Of a DNA stretch of 17,073 bases, positions 1 to 8,674 are shown in pieces (position 1 is the stretch's first letter; each line of letters starts with the position of its first letter). Location of the stretch: the NCBI RefSeq assembly GCF_006345805.1, contig NW_021824994.1, positions 1 through 17,073 on the forward strand, in the 5' to 3' direction. Source of the DNA: Octopus sinensis (taxonomy: Eukaryota). Below the pieces are notes generated by a model. The model worked only from the letters and a program-made list of their open reading frames with translations, made no database searches and had not been told where the DNA came from. A program made the position numbers and the translations under genes.

Positions 1-32
<32 letters not shown>

Positions 33-57
33 GTAGGTAGGTAGATAGGTAGGTAGG

Positions 58-117
<60 letters not shown>

Positions 118-118
118 T

Positions 119-192
<74 letters not shown>

Positions 193-202
193 CAGACAGA
201 CA
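1..202. repeat. Compound tetranucleotide microsatellite (ATAG)n with AGGT and ACAG blocks
   Basis: Directly visible tandem repeat. Confidence 0.98.
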
Positions 203-500
203 CGTTTATGGCAGGTATATTTTTGTGCGATTTCTAAAAAGTTTATAAATTCCTAATGGTTAATGAATAAAACATTGATCAATAAACGAATCACTCATTA
301 ATCTCATTTACTTATTTCTTTATTCAGATTCAAATGTGAACATGTCTTCAATGCTTAACTCAACATTTTACTTTGCTTGTGAAGGTTTCATGTTCCAGAA
401 CCACAACACCACAAGACGAAAATGGCTCAGTTATAAAATCATGGAATACAAACACTTACATACATATTATTTTATTGTTTTATGTGTTCCAACCCAATGG

Positions 501-660
501 CTGAGGTCATGCTGGAGCACCGCCAGTGTCATCACCCTTTCAGTACCCATTCTTACGTCATTGACTTTTGGTGAAGGGAAGAGTTCGATGCTGCGGGCTT
601 CTTTAAATTGGTTTAGATTCATCTGGGACCTTGGACAGCAGTAGGGTGGGACACACACAC
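501..660 (-). mobile_element. Possible remnant of SINE family A 3' half
   Basis: 501-524 ctgaggtcatgctggagcaccgcc matches the family A terminal motif seen at 14950-14970 and 16056-16078. cagcagtagggtgggacacac before the CA tract resembles caagcagtggcgggggacaacac at 16204-16226. The sequence between is not clearly homologous. Confidence 0.4.
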
Positions 661-668
661 ACACACAT

Positions 669-746
<78 letters not shown>

Positions 747-760
747 CACACACACACACA
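651..760. repeat. (CA)n microsatellite
   Basis: Directly visible. Confidence 0.98.
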
Positions 761-1018
761 TGTATACACCCGCACATATATTCAATCATGTGAAAGAACC
801 CAAAACAACAAAGAGAAGCTTCTTCCTTATATTTTTACCCAAATTACCAAATACGAACCGCAACGAGCATTTTCCTCATCCCTTGGATTTTATCTGTGGT
901 TTTCACAGAAAATTACGAATAGAAAAGAAAATGGTGGGAGGAATGGAAAAAGAATATAATAAAAATATGCTATACACTAATTTAGATTGCTTTCAATTAG
1001 ACCGATGATATTTTGTTA

Positions 1019-1200
1019 ATTTTGTTGTGTCTGGGGAGAATCATTCTCTTTTAGTAACTTATTAATTTAACACATTCACCGGACTCATTTCCACTCATTT
1101 AATTATTTATAAATAAGCAAATGAGTGGAAATGAAACCGGAGAGTGTGTTAAATTAATAAAGCACTAAAAGGGAATGACTCTCACCAGACACAATAAAAT
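1019..1200. mobile_element. Fold-back (near-fully palindromic) MITE-like element, about 182 bp
   Basis: Left arm attttgttgtgtctggggagaatcattctcttttag...ccactcattt is the imperfect reverse complement of right arm aaatgagtgg...ccagacacaataaaat. The centre is a perfect 14-bp palindrome ttatttataaataa. Confidence 0.8.
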
Positions 1201-1325
1201 ATGCTTCAATACACGAATTCACATAAAGAATCTTGCAAACCAAATACAAAAACGAATTTTGTAATTATTTGACGGAATGAAAAGAAAAAAAGTAAAATGC
1301 ACAACAGCGACTAATATTCTAATAT

Positions 1326-1341
1326 TCAGTAATAATAAAAA

Positions 1342-1403
<62 letters not shown>

Positions 1404-1462
1404 TAATAATAATAATAATAAAATAATAATAATGATGATGGTGATGATGATGATGACGATGA
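1326..1462. repeat. (AAT)n grading into (GAT)n; probable 3' tail of the adjacent minus-strand SINE B
   Basis: Visible repeat abutting the 3' end of SINE B at 1463. Confidence 0.9.
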
Positions 1463-1618
1463 TTTTAAATTTTGGCACGAGGCCAGCAATGTCGATGGAG
1501 AGAATAAAGAGATTATATCAACCCCAGTACTCAACTGGTACTTATTTGATCAACTCCGAAAGGATGAAAGGCAAAGTCAACCACGGCAGAATTTTAACGC
1601 AGAACATAAAAACGGGGA
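1463..1618 (-). mobile_element. tRNA-derived SINE family B, 5'-truncated copy
   Basis: Reverse complement gives gttgactttgcctttcatcctttcggagttgatcaaataagtaccagttgagtactggggttgat...gctggcctcgtgccaaaattt, homologous to the copies at 10051-10239 and 10624-10843. Confidence 0.9.
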
Positions 1619-1810
1619 CACACACACACATACACACACACACATACACTTGCATATACGCATCATGTCCGATATCCTAACAATTTTGCCAATAACTGTA
1701 AAGGTACATAAATGATCAACCTGGGCCTAATTGCATGTGCGTACATATATAGATATATAGACAACTACATTCACACATGCGCATATATATATATGCACAC
1801 ACACACACAT

Positions 1811-1963
1811 ATACGACAGGCTTCTTTCAGTTTCCGTCTACCAAATCCTCTCCAAAGGCTTTGGTCGGCCTAGGGGCATAGTTGAAGACACTTGCCCAAG
1901 GTAACACGCAACTGAACTCGGAACCGTGTGGCTAGGAAGCAAACACACATGCATGCATGCGCC

Positions 1964-1966
<3 letters not shown>
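1811..1966 (-). mobile_element. tRNA-derived SINE family A, 5' half (head plus CORE-like segment)
   Basis: Homologous to 15190-15355 and 6065-6227; contains ccttgggcaagtgtcttc on the minus strand. Confidence 0.9.
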
Positions 1967-2039
<73 letters not shown>

Positions 2040-2057
2040 CATATATATATATATATT
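1964..2057. repeat. (TA)n microsatellite
   Basis: Directly visible. Confidence 0.97.
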
Positions 2058-2212
2058 AGAAAAAGAGGTGCCTGGATCGTTAGGTAGATATATGAACTAA
2101 AATTTATAGTATAAAAAAATTTAAGAATAAATGAAACTGATTCGAACGACCGGTGAAGTCATTCTTTTTCTTTTTTCAAACATACCAAACTGTACCAAGG
2201 ATCACACATTTT

Positions 2213-2217
<5 letters not shown>

Positions 2218-2293
<76 letters not shown>

Positions 2294-2441
2294 TATACAT
2301 ATGTGTGTGTATGCCTATATATTATATGTATATATACATCTTTGCATATATACATGTATCCATATTTATATATGTATATATATATATACATATATTATGA
2401 ATATATATATGTATATACATATATACATATTATATATATAG
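2218..2441. repeat. (TA)n and degenerate TA/CA-rich simple repeat
   Basis: Directly visible. Confidence 0.95.
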
Positions 2442-2442
2442 A

Positions 2443-2548
2443 ATAAAACTTTATTATAAAGAACGTGAAATTCACGAATTGACGAACACGGAAAACAGAC
2501 AGCCATTCAGAGCCTTCATTTTTCAGTCAGAAACCGATTCAACGTGGC
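2443..2548. mobile_element. Short TA-embedded repeat, family D copy 1
   Basis: aacgtgaaa...gccattcagagccttcatttttcagtcagaaaccgattc resembles 7449-7530 aacgtgaaac...gacattcgaagccctcagtcatcagtcaagaaccagatc; TA tracts on both sides. Confidence 0.6.
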
Positions 2549-2553
2549 ATATA

Positions 2554-2608
<55 letters not shown>

Positions 2609-2757
2609 ATATATATATATATATATGTATACATGTATACATATATATGTATATATATGTATATATATGTTTATATATATATATATATACATATATATAT
2701 ACATACACACACACACATATATATATATGTAATATATAATATATATATATACATATA
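2549..2757. repeat. Degenerate (TA)n/(CA)n simple repeat
   Basis: Directly visible. Confidence 0.95.
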
Positions 2758-2824
2758 TTCGTTTGTTTTTGTCGTATTATAATAATATTAATTTCTGCAT
2801 TATAATATACACTTAAATATATTA

Positions 2825-3019
2825 ATTTCAAATTTTAGCACATGGCCAGCAATTTCGGGAAGGACATGAATCGATTCAGCGACCTCAGTAATCAAATGGT
2901 AGTTATCTTACAAATCTCGAGAAGGTGAAAAGCAAAGTCGACCCTCGGCAGAATTTGACGTAAACGAAATTCCGCCAAGCAGTTTACCCTGTGTGCTAAA
3001 GATTAAACCAGCTCGGCGC
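2825..3019 (-). mobile_element. SINE family B, diverged near-full-length copy
   Basis: Minus strand reads gccgagctgg...tagcacacagggtaaactgcttggcggaatttcg...gccgagggtcgactttgcttttcacc...aaattgctggccatgtgctaaaatttgaaa. Confidence 0.85.
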
Positions 3020-3549
3020 ATTATAAGATATTGATTAAATATTATAAAGTATTAATTTCTTAGTGAGAAAGTTTTATTATATTACTATCTAAAAGGAGAT
3101 ACAATTCATTTAACGAACCAAGATCACTACTTTTATATAGTTTAACAGTCTCGATTGTATGGCTATCGAAATTGACACTTGCATGATTTGAAACCGAAAC
3201 TGCTGGGAAAGTAATAAAATACCGCGAAATATTCAGTCCTTTATCATAGAGCTTCCAACACTCCATTCACTCGTCTTCCATATTTCAGGATGACATCTAC
3301 CGTTAAGTAAGTGTTATATAATGTTCTATTCCCAAACCTATCCACTCGCCCCTTCTACACTCAATAAAGCGCAGACTAAAAGCTACAGTTGGTTTTCCTT
3401 AACTTTAGCAAACTCACAGCACCTGGCTTATATATATTGCATCTCTAGTATATAATGTTAGTATATTTAGCAATATGGATTTCATCGCTTCACTAAAAGT
3501 GATCCAGCACATATGGAAAGGAAAATGTGTGTGTATGTATGTATATAAA

Positions 3550-3646
<97 letters not shown>

Positions 3647-3657
3647 TATATATATAT
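3550..3657. repeat. (CT)n(AT)n compound microsatellite
   Basis: Directly visible. Confidence 0.97.
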
Positions 3658-3855
3658 AAATGGATGAATGAATTATCCCTTGTTTACCGTTAACATGGAA
3701 AATTCAATAAACAGTTACTAGGGTAACAAAATTCACGCAAGTAACAAGGATGTAGCGACCTATTCAAAGGTAGAAACTCCGGGTTAATGTGCAGTAATTT
3801 GTATAGTATAAGTAAATAAATGGAGTTGAACGCAGATGTTATTCAAATTCTTTTA

Positions 3856-3913
3856 CTTTCGACATATGTTTCGAAGACAACATTGGTTTTATTCCAAAGG
3901 AATAAACATATGT
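3856..3913 (-). ncRNA. Hammerhead 3' half-core remnant (GAAA-CAUAUG-UC) lacking the CUGANGA strand
   Basis: Minus strand reads cttcGAAACATATGTCgaaag, with palindromic ACATATGT. An upstream hairpin tttattcc/ggaataaa is present but CUGANGA is absent. Confidence 0.35.
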
Positions 3914-4087
3914 AGTTATGTTATGTTCTGTTGGTAAAGTAGTAGTATAAAGCTCGTCCACCTTCAGGTCTCACTCTGTGCTATTCACTTGCGGTATTAT
4001 ACCTGCTTCCAGGTTCGTGTTTGGCATATGTCGTGTGTGAATAGATAATTGAAAAAATTGAAGTCAACAACAAGGGACATGATTATA

Positions 4088-4277
4088 CATTTATTTTTTA
4101 ATCACTACAATTATTTCCACGCAACGTAGTTCTCCAGGTGTGCAGATACCTGATTATGTAAATTTTTTCCTGCGTTATGAGATATCATAATGCAAGGAAA
4201 CAATTCCATAATCAAGTGCCTGCTCACCAGGAGAACTACATCACATGGAAACAATTGTAGTGATTAAAAAATAAATC
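4088..4277. mobile_element. Fold-back MITE-like element, 190 bp, TA-flanked (Tc1/mariner-type TSD possible)
   Basis: 70-bp outer arms with about 10 mismatches (first 24 bp atttattttttaatcactacaatt perfect), plus inner arms ttcctgcgttatga / tcataatgcaaggaa. TA at 4086-4087 and 4278-4279. Confidence 0.8.
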
Positions 4278-4527
4278 TATGTGTATGTTTGTATGTATGT
4301 ATGTATGTATGCATATATATAGGAGTGCACGTGTATATATGTGATTGTGTGTGCACTCGGCCATTAGAGGTTTTTTTTTGGGGGGGGATGGAATTTATAA
4401 ACATTTAATGCATCTCTACACGCGTTTCCACAAATCTCTTAAGATCAGAGTCCATCTTCTTGGAATGATTACATTGTAATCCGCAATATCCGTGGGTATC
4501 GGGTTGATCATTTTCATGGATTCCTTT

Positions 4528-4636
4528 CTTCAGGCGATATAACATTAATGGATGTTTAACAGAGGGCGGCTTATCCCTTCGGACCAGTTCGAGGGTTGAT
4601 CGAGTTAAACACGCATTGATGTCATATCGCCTGAAG
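4528..4636. repeat. Inverted repeat, 33-bp arms (4 mismatches), 43-bp spacer
   Basis: cttcaggcgatataacattaatggatgtttaac (4528-4560) versus gttaaacacgcattgatgtcatatcgcctgaag (4604-4636). Confidence 0.9.
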
Positions 4637-5187
4637 CTTGCACAACATTTTTGCGAATGGTTTTAGGTGCTTTGTGTTGTTGAAGGCAGACATAAACACT
4701 CTCTCAGCTCTCTTGCATTTGCCTCAGTGGGGCATCGAGAATGCGACAGATGGTGAAGAAACATGGTTTGCACCACCTGAATTTCGCTGGTAAATATTCT
4801 CAGTTGAGCAAATTGAAGCACGTAAAAGTGTCTTGCTGAAGAACGCAAAACGCCGCCCGGTTCCGATCGTAAGCCCAATACCGTTCCTACTAGGCCACTC
4901 ACCTTTGTATCTAAAACGTTATAACCCAGCAGAATTGTTGTTGTTGTTGTGTGTGATGCCCATTCGGTCAATCTGTGCTGTATTTCTGTAGTGTTTTCTT
5001 TTTCTTCCCTTACAATAATATTGTTATTGGTGTTAATTTGGACTTTATTACAGCCACGTGCGCACGTGAAACATTTTCAAATGTAGTGCTTCAGCACGAT
5101 TGACAACTAGGTTGTTGAAGTTCAATACATTACATCTTGGTATTAGTTTGACGCTCGTGAATGTAAGAAAGTCTTTTACGTATCGAG

Positions 5188-5221
<34 letters not shown>

Positions 5222-5224
<3 letters not shown>

Positions 5225-5390
5225 ATCTAAGGGAAAGGGTAAGGCTGATACAACTTGGCACCAGTGATGTTGCAACTCATTTCTAAAGCCGATTGAACTG
5301 GAGCAACGTGAAATAAAGTTTCTTGCTCAAGAACACAACATGCAGCTCAGTTCGAGAATCGAACTCATAACCTCACGATTGTCGGCCAAC
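5222..5390 (-). mobile_element. tRNA-derived SINE family E, 5' portion
   Basis: B-box-like gagttcgattctc (rc of 5354-5366) followed by ttgtgttcttgagcaagaaactttatttcacgttgctccag, homologous to 14040-14162; truncated by a (TA)n tract at 5189-5221. Confidence 0.85.
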
Positions 5391-5393
5391 ATA

Positions 5394-5399
5394 TAGATT

Positions 5400-5433
<34 letters not shown>

Positions 5434-5470
5434 TAGGGAGATAGACAGACAGACAGACAGACTGACAGGC

Positions 5471-5537
<67 letters not shown>
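5394..5537. repeat. (GACA)n-(GATA)n-(GA)n compound microsatellite
   Basis: Directly visible. Confidence 0.97.
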
Positions 5538-5539
<2 letters not shown>

Positions 5540-6064
5540 AAAGGCGGGGAGTCAGAGTGTTTGTGCATGTGTGTGTCTGCCTGTTAATATCTCATATGCA
5601 AGATTTGTCTGTCTTTAAGTGGCCCCATTCTTTACAATATCTCAACAAAGGCCCAAACAATTTCTGTTTGTGAGACACGCTTACTCACCTCATTCAAACT
5701 TAGTCAACAAATCGTCCGAACTAGACAACACGCTAATCTTTAGAAAACTCCTGTATATATTTACAGTCACACCCACGGATTAACTAAGAATAACAATGAT
5801 TATTGGTCCTAATCTAATCCTATAATCGAGACACACACGGTGTGTGGAGAGTGATGCACAGATGCACGTCTATGACTGTATTCCCAGCAGCGAACATATT
5901 TCACCGGCAGCAGCTCCACACTAGTGGATCCCTATTACACTCACTTTAGAACATACTTTTTCAGATATAAATTGCACTTACTTTAAACATGAAATATAGA
6001 GCGTAAGGTTAAGCGATTGCAATTGGTTGCTTTTCATGCACATACAGATATATACTTAATATAT

Positions 6065-6227
6065 GAGTGGGAATGTGGTAGGAAGCTTGCTTCCCAACAA
6101 CTCGGTTCCGGGTTCAGTCCCACTGAGTGGCACGTTGGGCAAGTGTCTTCTACTATAGCCTCGGGCCGACCAAAGCATTGGGAGTGGACTTGGTAGACGG
6201 AAACTGAAAGAAGCCCGTCCTATATAT
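6065..6227 (+). mobile_element. tRNA-derived SINE family A, 5' half
   Basis: Degenerate A box tgggaatgtgg, B box ggttcagtccc (6111-6121), then cacgttgggcaagtgtcttctactatagcc; homologous to rc of 15190-15355. Confidence 0.92.
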
Positions 6228-6406
6228 TTGCGTGTGTGTGTTTTGTCTGTATATATATATGTATAATTATAATTAAGGGTACTGAGAAACAGAACCTACA
6301 CGCTAGTGGTAGACGTCAGAAGACTCTAAAACCCAACTTAAATTACACTCCATTAGCATGGATGCGACTGATTAGATTATTAATTGATTTTATCTTTAAA
6401 TATGTA

Positions 6407-6407
<1 letters not shown>

Positions 6408-6476
<69 letters not shown>
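6408..6476. repeat. (TA)n microsatellite
   Basis: Directly visible. Confidence 0.97.
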
Positions 6477-6478
<2 letters not shown>

Positions 6479-6479
<1 letters not shown>

Positions 6480-6675
6480 TTATTCCAAACATGAAAACAC
6501 AAAGAGAAAACACAACAACGCGAGGACGTGGAACAAATATAGTATTATTGGACGCTCAGGAAAGAAGGGAAGGAGAGTTTAACGTTTCGAGCGGAGCTCT
6601 TCGTCGGAAACATAGAAGGAAAGATCCAGGGAAGGGAAGATGAACGGAAAAAAAATCACCAACGCACATACGCGG

Positions 6676-6677
<2 letters not shown>
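6479..6677 (-). mobile_element. Family C copy 1: about 200-bp TA-embedded element carrying a minimal hammerhead (Penelope pseudo-LTR-like or non-autonomous)
   Basis: Co-linear with 14689-14883 (roughly 85 percent identity by eye) with matching termini; flanked by (TA)n. Confidence 0.85.
6577..6611 (-). ncRNA. Minimal type I hammerhead ribozyme motif, U4C core variant
   Basis: RNA GUUU-CCGACGA-A-GAGC-UCC-GCUC-GAAA-CG-UU-AAAC: stem I GUUU/AAAC, stem II GAGC/GCUC, palindromic ACGU stem III, GUU triplet. Confidence 0.65.
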
Positions 6678-6711
<34 letters not shown>

Positions 6712-6735
6712 CCGCGTATGTACCGTTGGTGATTT

Positions 6736-6736
<1 letters not shown>
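6652..6736. repeat. Inverted duplication of the family C terminus across a (TA)n centre
   Basis: aaaatcaccaacgcacatacgcggtc-(AT)n-gaccgcgtatgtaccgttggtgatttt. Confidence 0.9.
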
Positions 6737-6777
<41 letters not shown>

Positions 6778-6778
6778 A

Positions 6779-7287
6779 ATTAAATTAGAGATAAAACCAC
6801 TATTAGGCAACTCAAACAATATACTCCCTAATATTATTTCTTAATATGCTGGCCATTGATAAAAATTTTTTTCGAAAAAATTTTATCCTACATTAAATAT
6901 AAATTTAATGGTGTTCACTTTCGGACTCTCTCACTCTATGAGAGCCTCAGTTCAAATCGCACGTGTCTCAAATGGGCTGGAGAGTTTCTATTTTGGATGT
7001 ATTTGGGGTACTTAATTGTGCTCAGGACTTAGTGTTTGCTTCTTCCATGGGTATGAGTAAGTATCTCATTTGTTTCTTTGCCATATTTATCACTGACGAA
7101 GGGAGGTTTCTTATGAACTAACCCTGAAATCGGTCCGATATGGTAATAATGGAATTTTTTAGAGATTTCTGTCGAACTTTTTTTGAGTAGCGTGCGTATT
7201 GCGATAAATTATATGGTTATAGACAGGGTGTCTAATTTCGGCATATTTGGCATTAGAAATCTTTTCGTTTGCCCTTATTTATAAGTT
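6779..7287 (+). mobile_element. About 500-bp TA-flanked element containing a hammerhead (putative Penelope-like derivative)
   Basis: Bounded by (TA)n on both sides and contains the hammerhead at 7088-7140; no recognisable ORF. Confidence 0.5.
7088..7140 (+). ncRNA. Type I hammerhead ribozyme motif
   Basis: UAUCA-CUGACGA-AGGG-(AGGUUUCUUAUGAACUAA)-CCCU-GAAA-UCGG-UC-CGAUA: core 7093-7099, stem II AGGG/CCCU, GAAA 7126-7129, GUC triplet ending 7135, stem I UAUC/GAUA with an A-C mismatch at the first pair. Confidence 0.75.
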
Positions 7288-7439
7288 GTTTATGCGTATA
7301 TATATATATATATATATATATATACGCACACACACGTGAGTATGTGTGTATGTAGATGTATACATATATATATGTATGTATACATGCATGTGGATACATG
7401 TATGTTTCAGATATATGTTATATACACGTATTCGTATAT

Positions 7440-7556
7440 TCATACATAAACGTGAAACACCTAGGAGACGACACAAGAACCACAGGACGGGACATTCGAA
7501 GCCCTCAGTCATCAGTCAAGAACCAGATCATCTTCGCAATTTCGGCTGATTAATCT
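7440..7556. mobile_element. Short TA-embedded repeat, family D copy 2
   Basis: Homologous to 2443-2548; ends in a (TA)n tract. Confidence 0.6.
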
Positions 7557-7583
7557 ATATGTATATATATATATATAATATAT

Positions 7584-7663
<80 letters not shown>
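7556..7663. repeat. (TA)n microsatellite, interrupted
   Basis: Directly visible. Confidence 0.97.
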
Positions 7664-7803
7664 GAAAAAATATGTTCAAAAAGAACGAAAGAACAATTTA
7701 AACTTTTTGAAGAATCCAAAAAGAGAGAAAAAATAATTTCTAATAAAAATTCATCAAATTCATAAACATCAGCCAGAGTAAGTATTAAGAATATGAAAAT
7801 AGC

Positions 7804-7972
7804 AATTAAGAAAATTCGTTATAGGTATATAGGTATACCTTAAACAAGTATAAAAATGGAGAAAAGATGTTCAAATCAAAATCGTATTAAATTCAACTTT
7901 GATTTTAACATATTTTCTCCATTTTTATACTTGTTTAAGGTATCTTTATACCTATAACGAATTTCTTCAATT
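7804..7972. repeat. Inverted repeat, about 75-bp arms, 17-bp spacer
   Basis: 31-bp perfect core ataccttaaacaagtataaaaatggagaaaa (7835-7865) versus 7913-7943. Confidence 0.93.
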
Positions 7973-8043
7973 ATATATTAATATATATATATACATATAT
8001 ATATAGATATACACACACACACATATATATATATGTATGTATG

Positions 8044-8081
<38 letters not shown>

Positions 8082-8112
8082 ATATATATAATATATATAT
8101 ATATGTGTGTGT

Positions 8113-8150
<38 letters not shown>
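7972..8150. repeat. (TA)n/(CA)n/(GT)n compound microsatellite
   Basis: Directly visible. Confidence 0.96.
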
Positions 8151-8153
<3 letters not shown>

Positions 8154-8491
8154 ATATTTTTCTTTAAGAAGAATAGTATTGACAGTAACTTCGAAGTTTC
8201 GATCAGCTAAGGCATCAACGAACTTACCAATAAAATTCTATTTGAGCCCGGAAAGGTTGTCTTAAGGGACCGAAACTACAAACGTAATTCCTTTGTACTT
8301 TCCCATGATGCACTTCTCTAAGCATTCCTCTCACTTTTTTTTTTGTTTTTCTCGATAATTGAATCTTTTATACTCTTAATGTTTATTTCCTTCTTTTCTT
8401 CCCGTAAAAATGTTGTCAATAAAAAAAATCATTCAATAAAAAAGTTTCATTTTGTTTTTTCAATACATAGTTACTTGAGGGCATCCTTGTA

Positions 8492-8503
8492 ACACACACA
8501 CAC

Positions 8504-8546
<43 letters not shown>

Positions 8547-8550
8547 GTAT

Positions 8551-8582
<32 letters not shown>

Positions 8583-8614
8583 ATACATACATACATTCAT
8601 ACATACATACAAAT

Positions 8615-8647
<33 letters not shown>

Positions 8648-8670
8648 GCATATATACATACATACATGTA
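8492..8670. repeat. (CA)n(CT)n(TA)n(CATA)n compound microsatellite
   Basis: Directly visible. Confidence 0.96.
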
Positions 8671-8674
8671 CATA

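Noticed and set aside
336-644. 102-aa ORF after a plausible acceptor (ttattcag at 320-327)
   Set aside because: No recognisable protein, no good donor, and it runs through a SINE A-like tail motif.
4419-4470. Minus-strand GAAA-CGCG-UG with palindromic ACGCGU
   Set aside because: The triplet ends in G, CUGANGA is absent, and there is no stem I; compatible with chance.
4505-4535. Minus-strand CUGAAGA...GAAA-AUGA-UC
   Set aside because: Stem II would need a 1-nt loop and there is no stem I.
5683-5760. Minus-strand exon ending at a strong GAG|GTGAGT donor
   Set aside because: All three frames contain stops before the donor and the acceptor is ambiguous.
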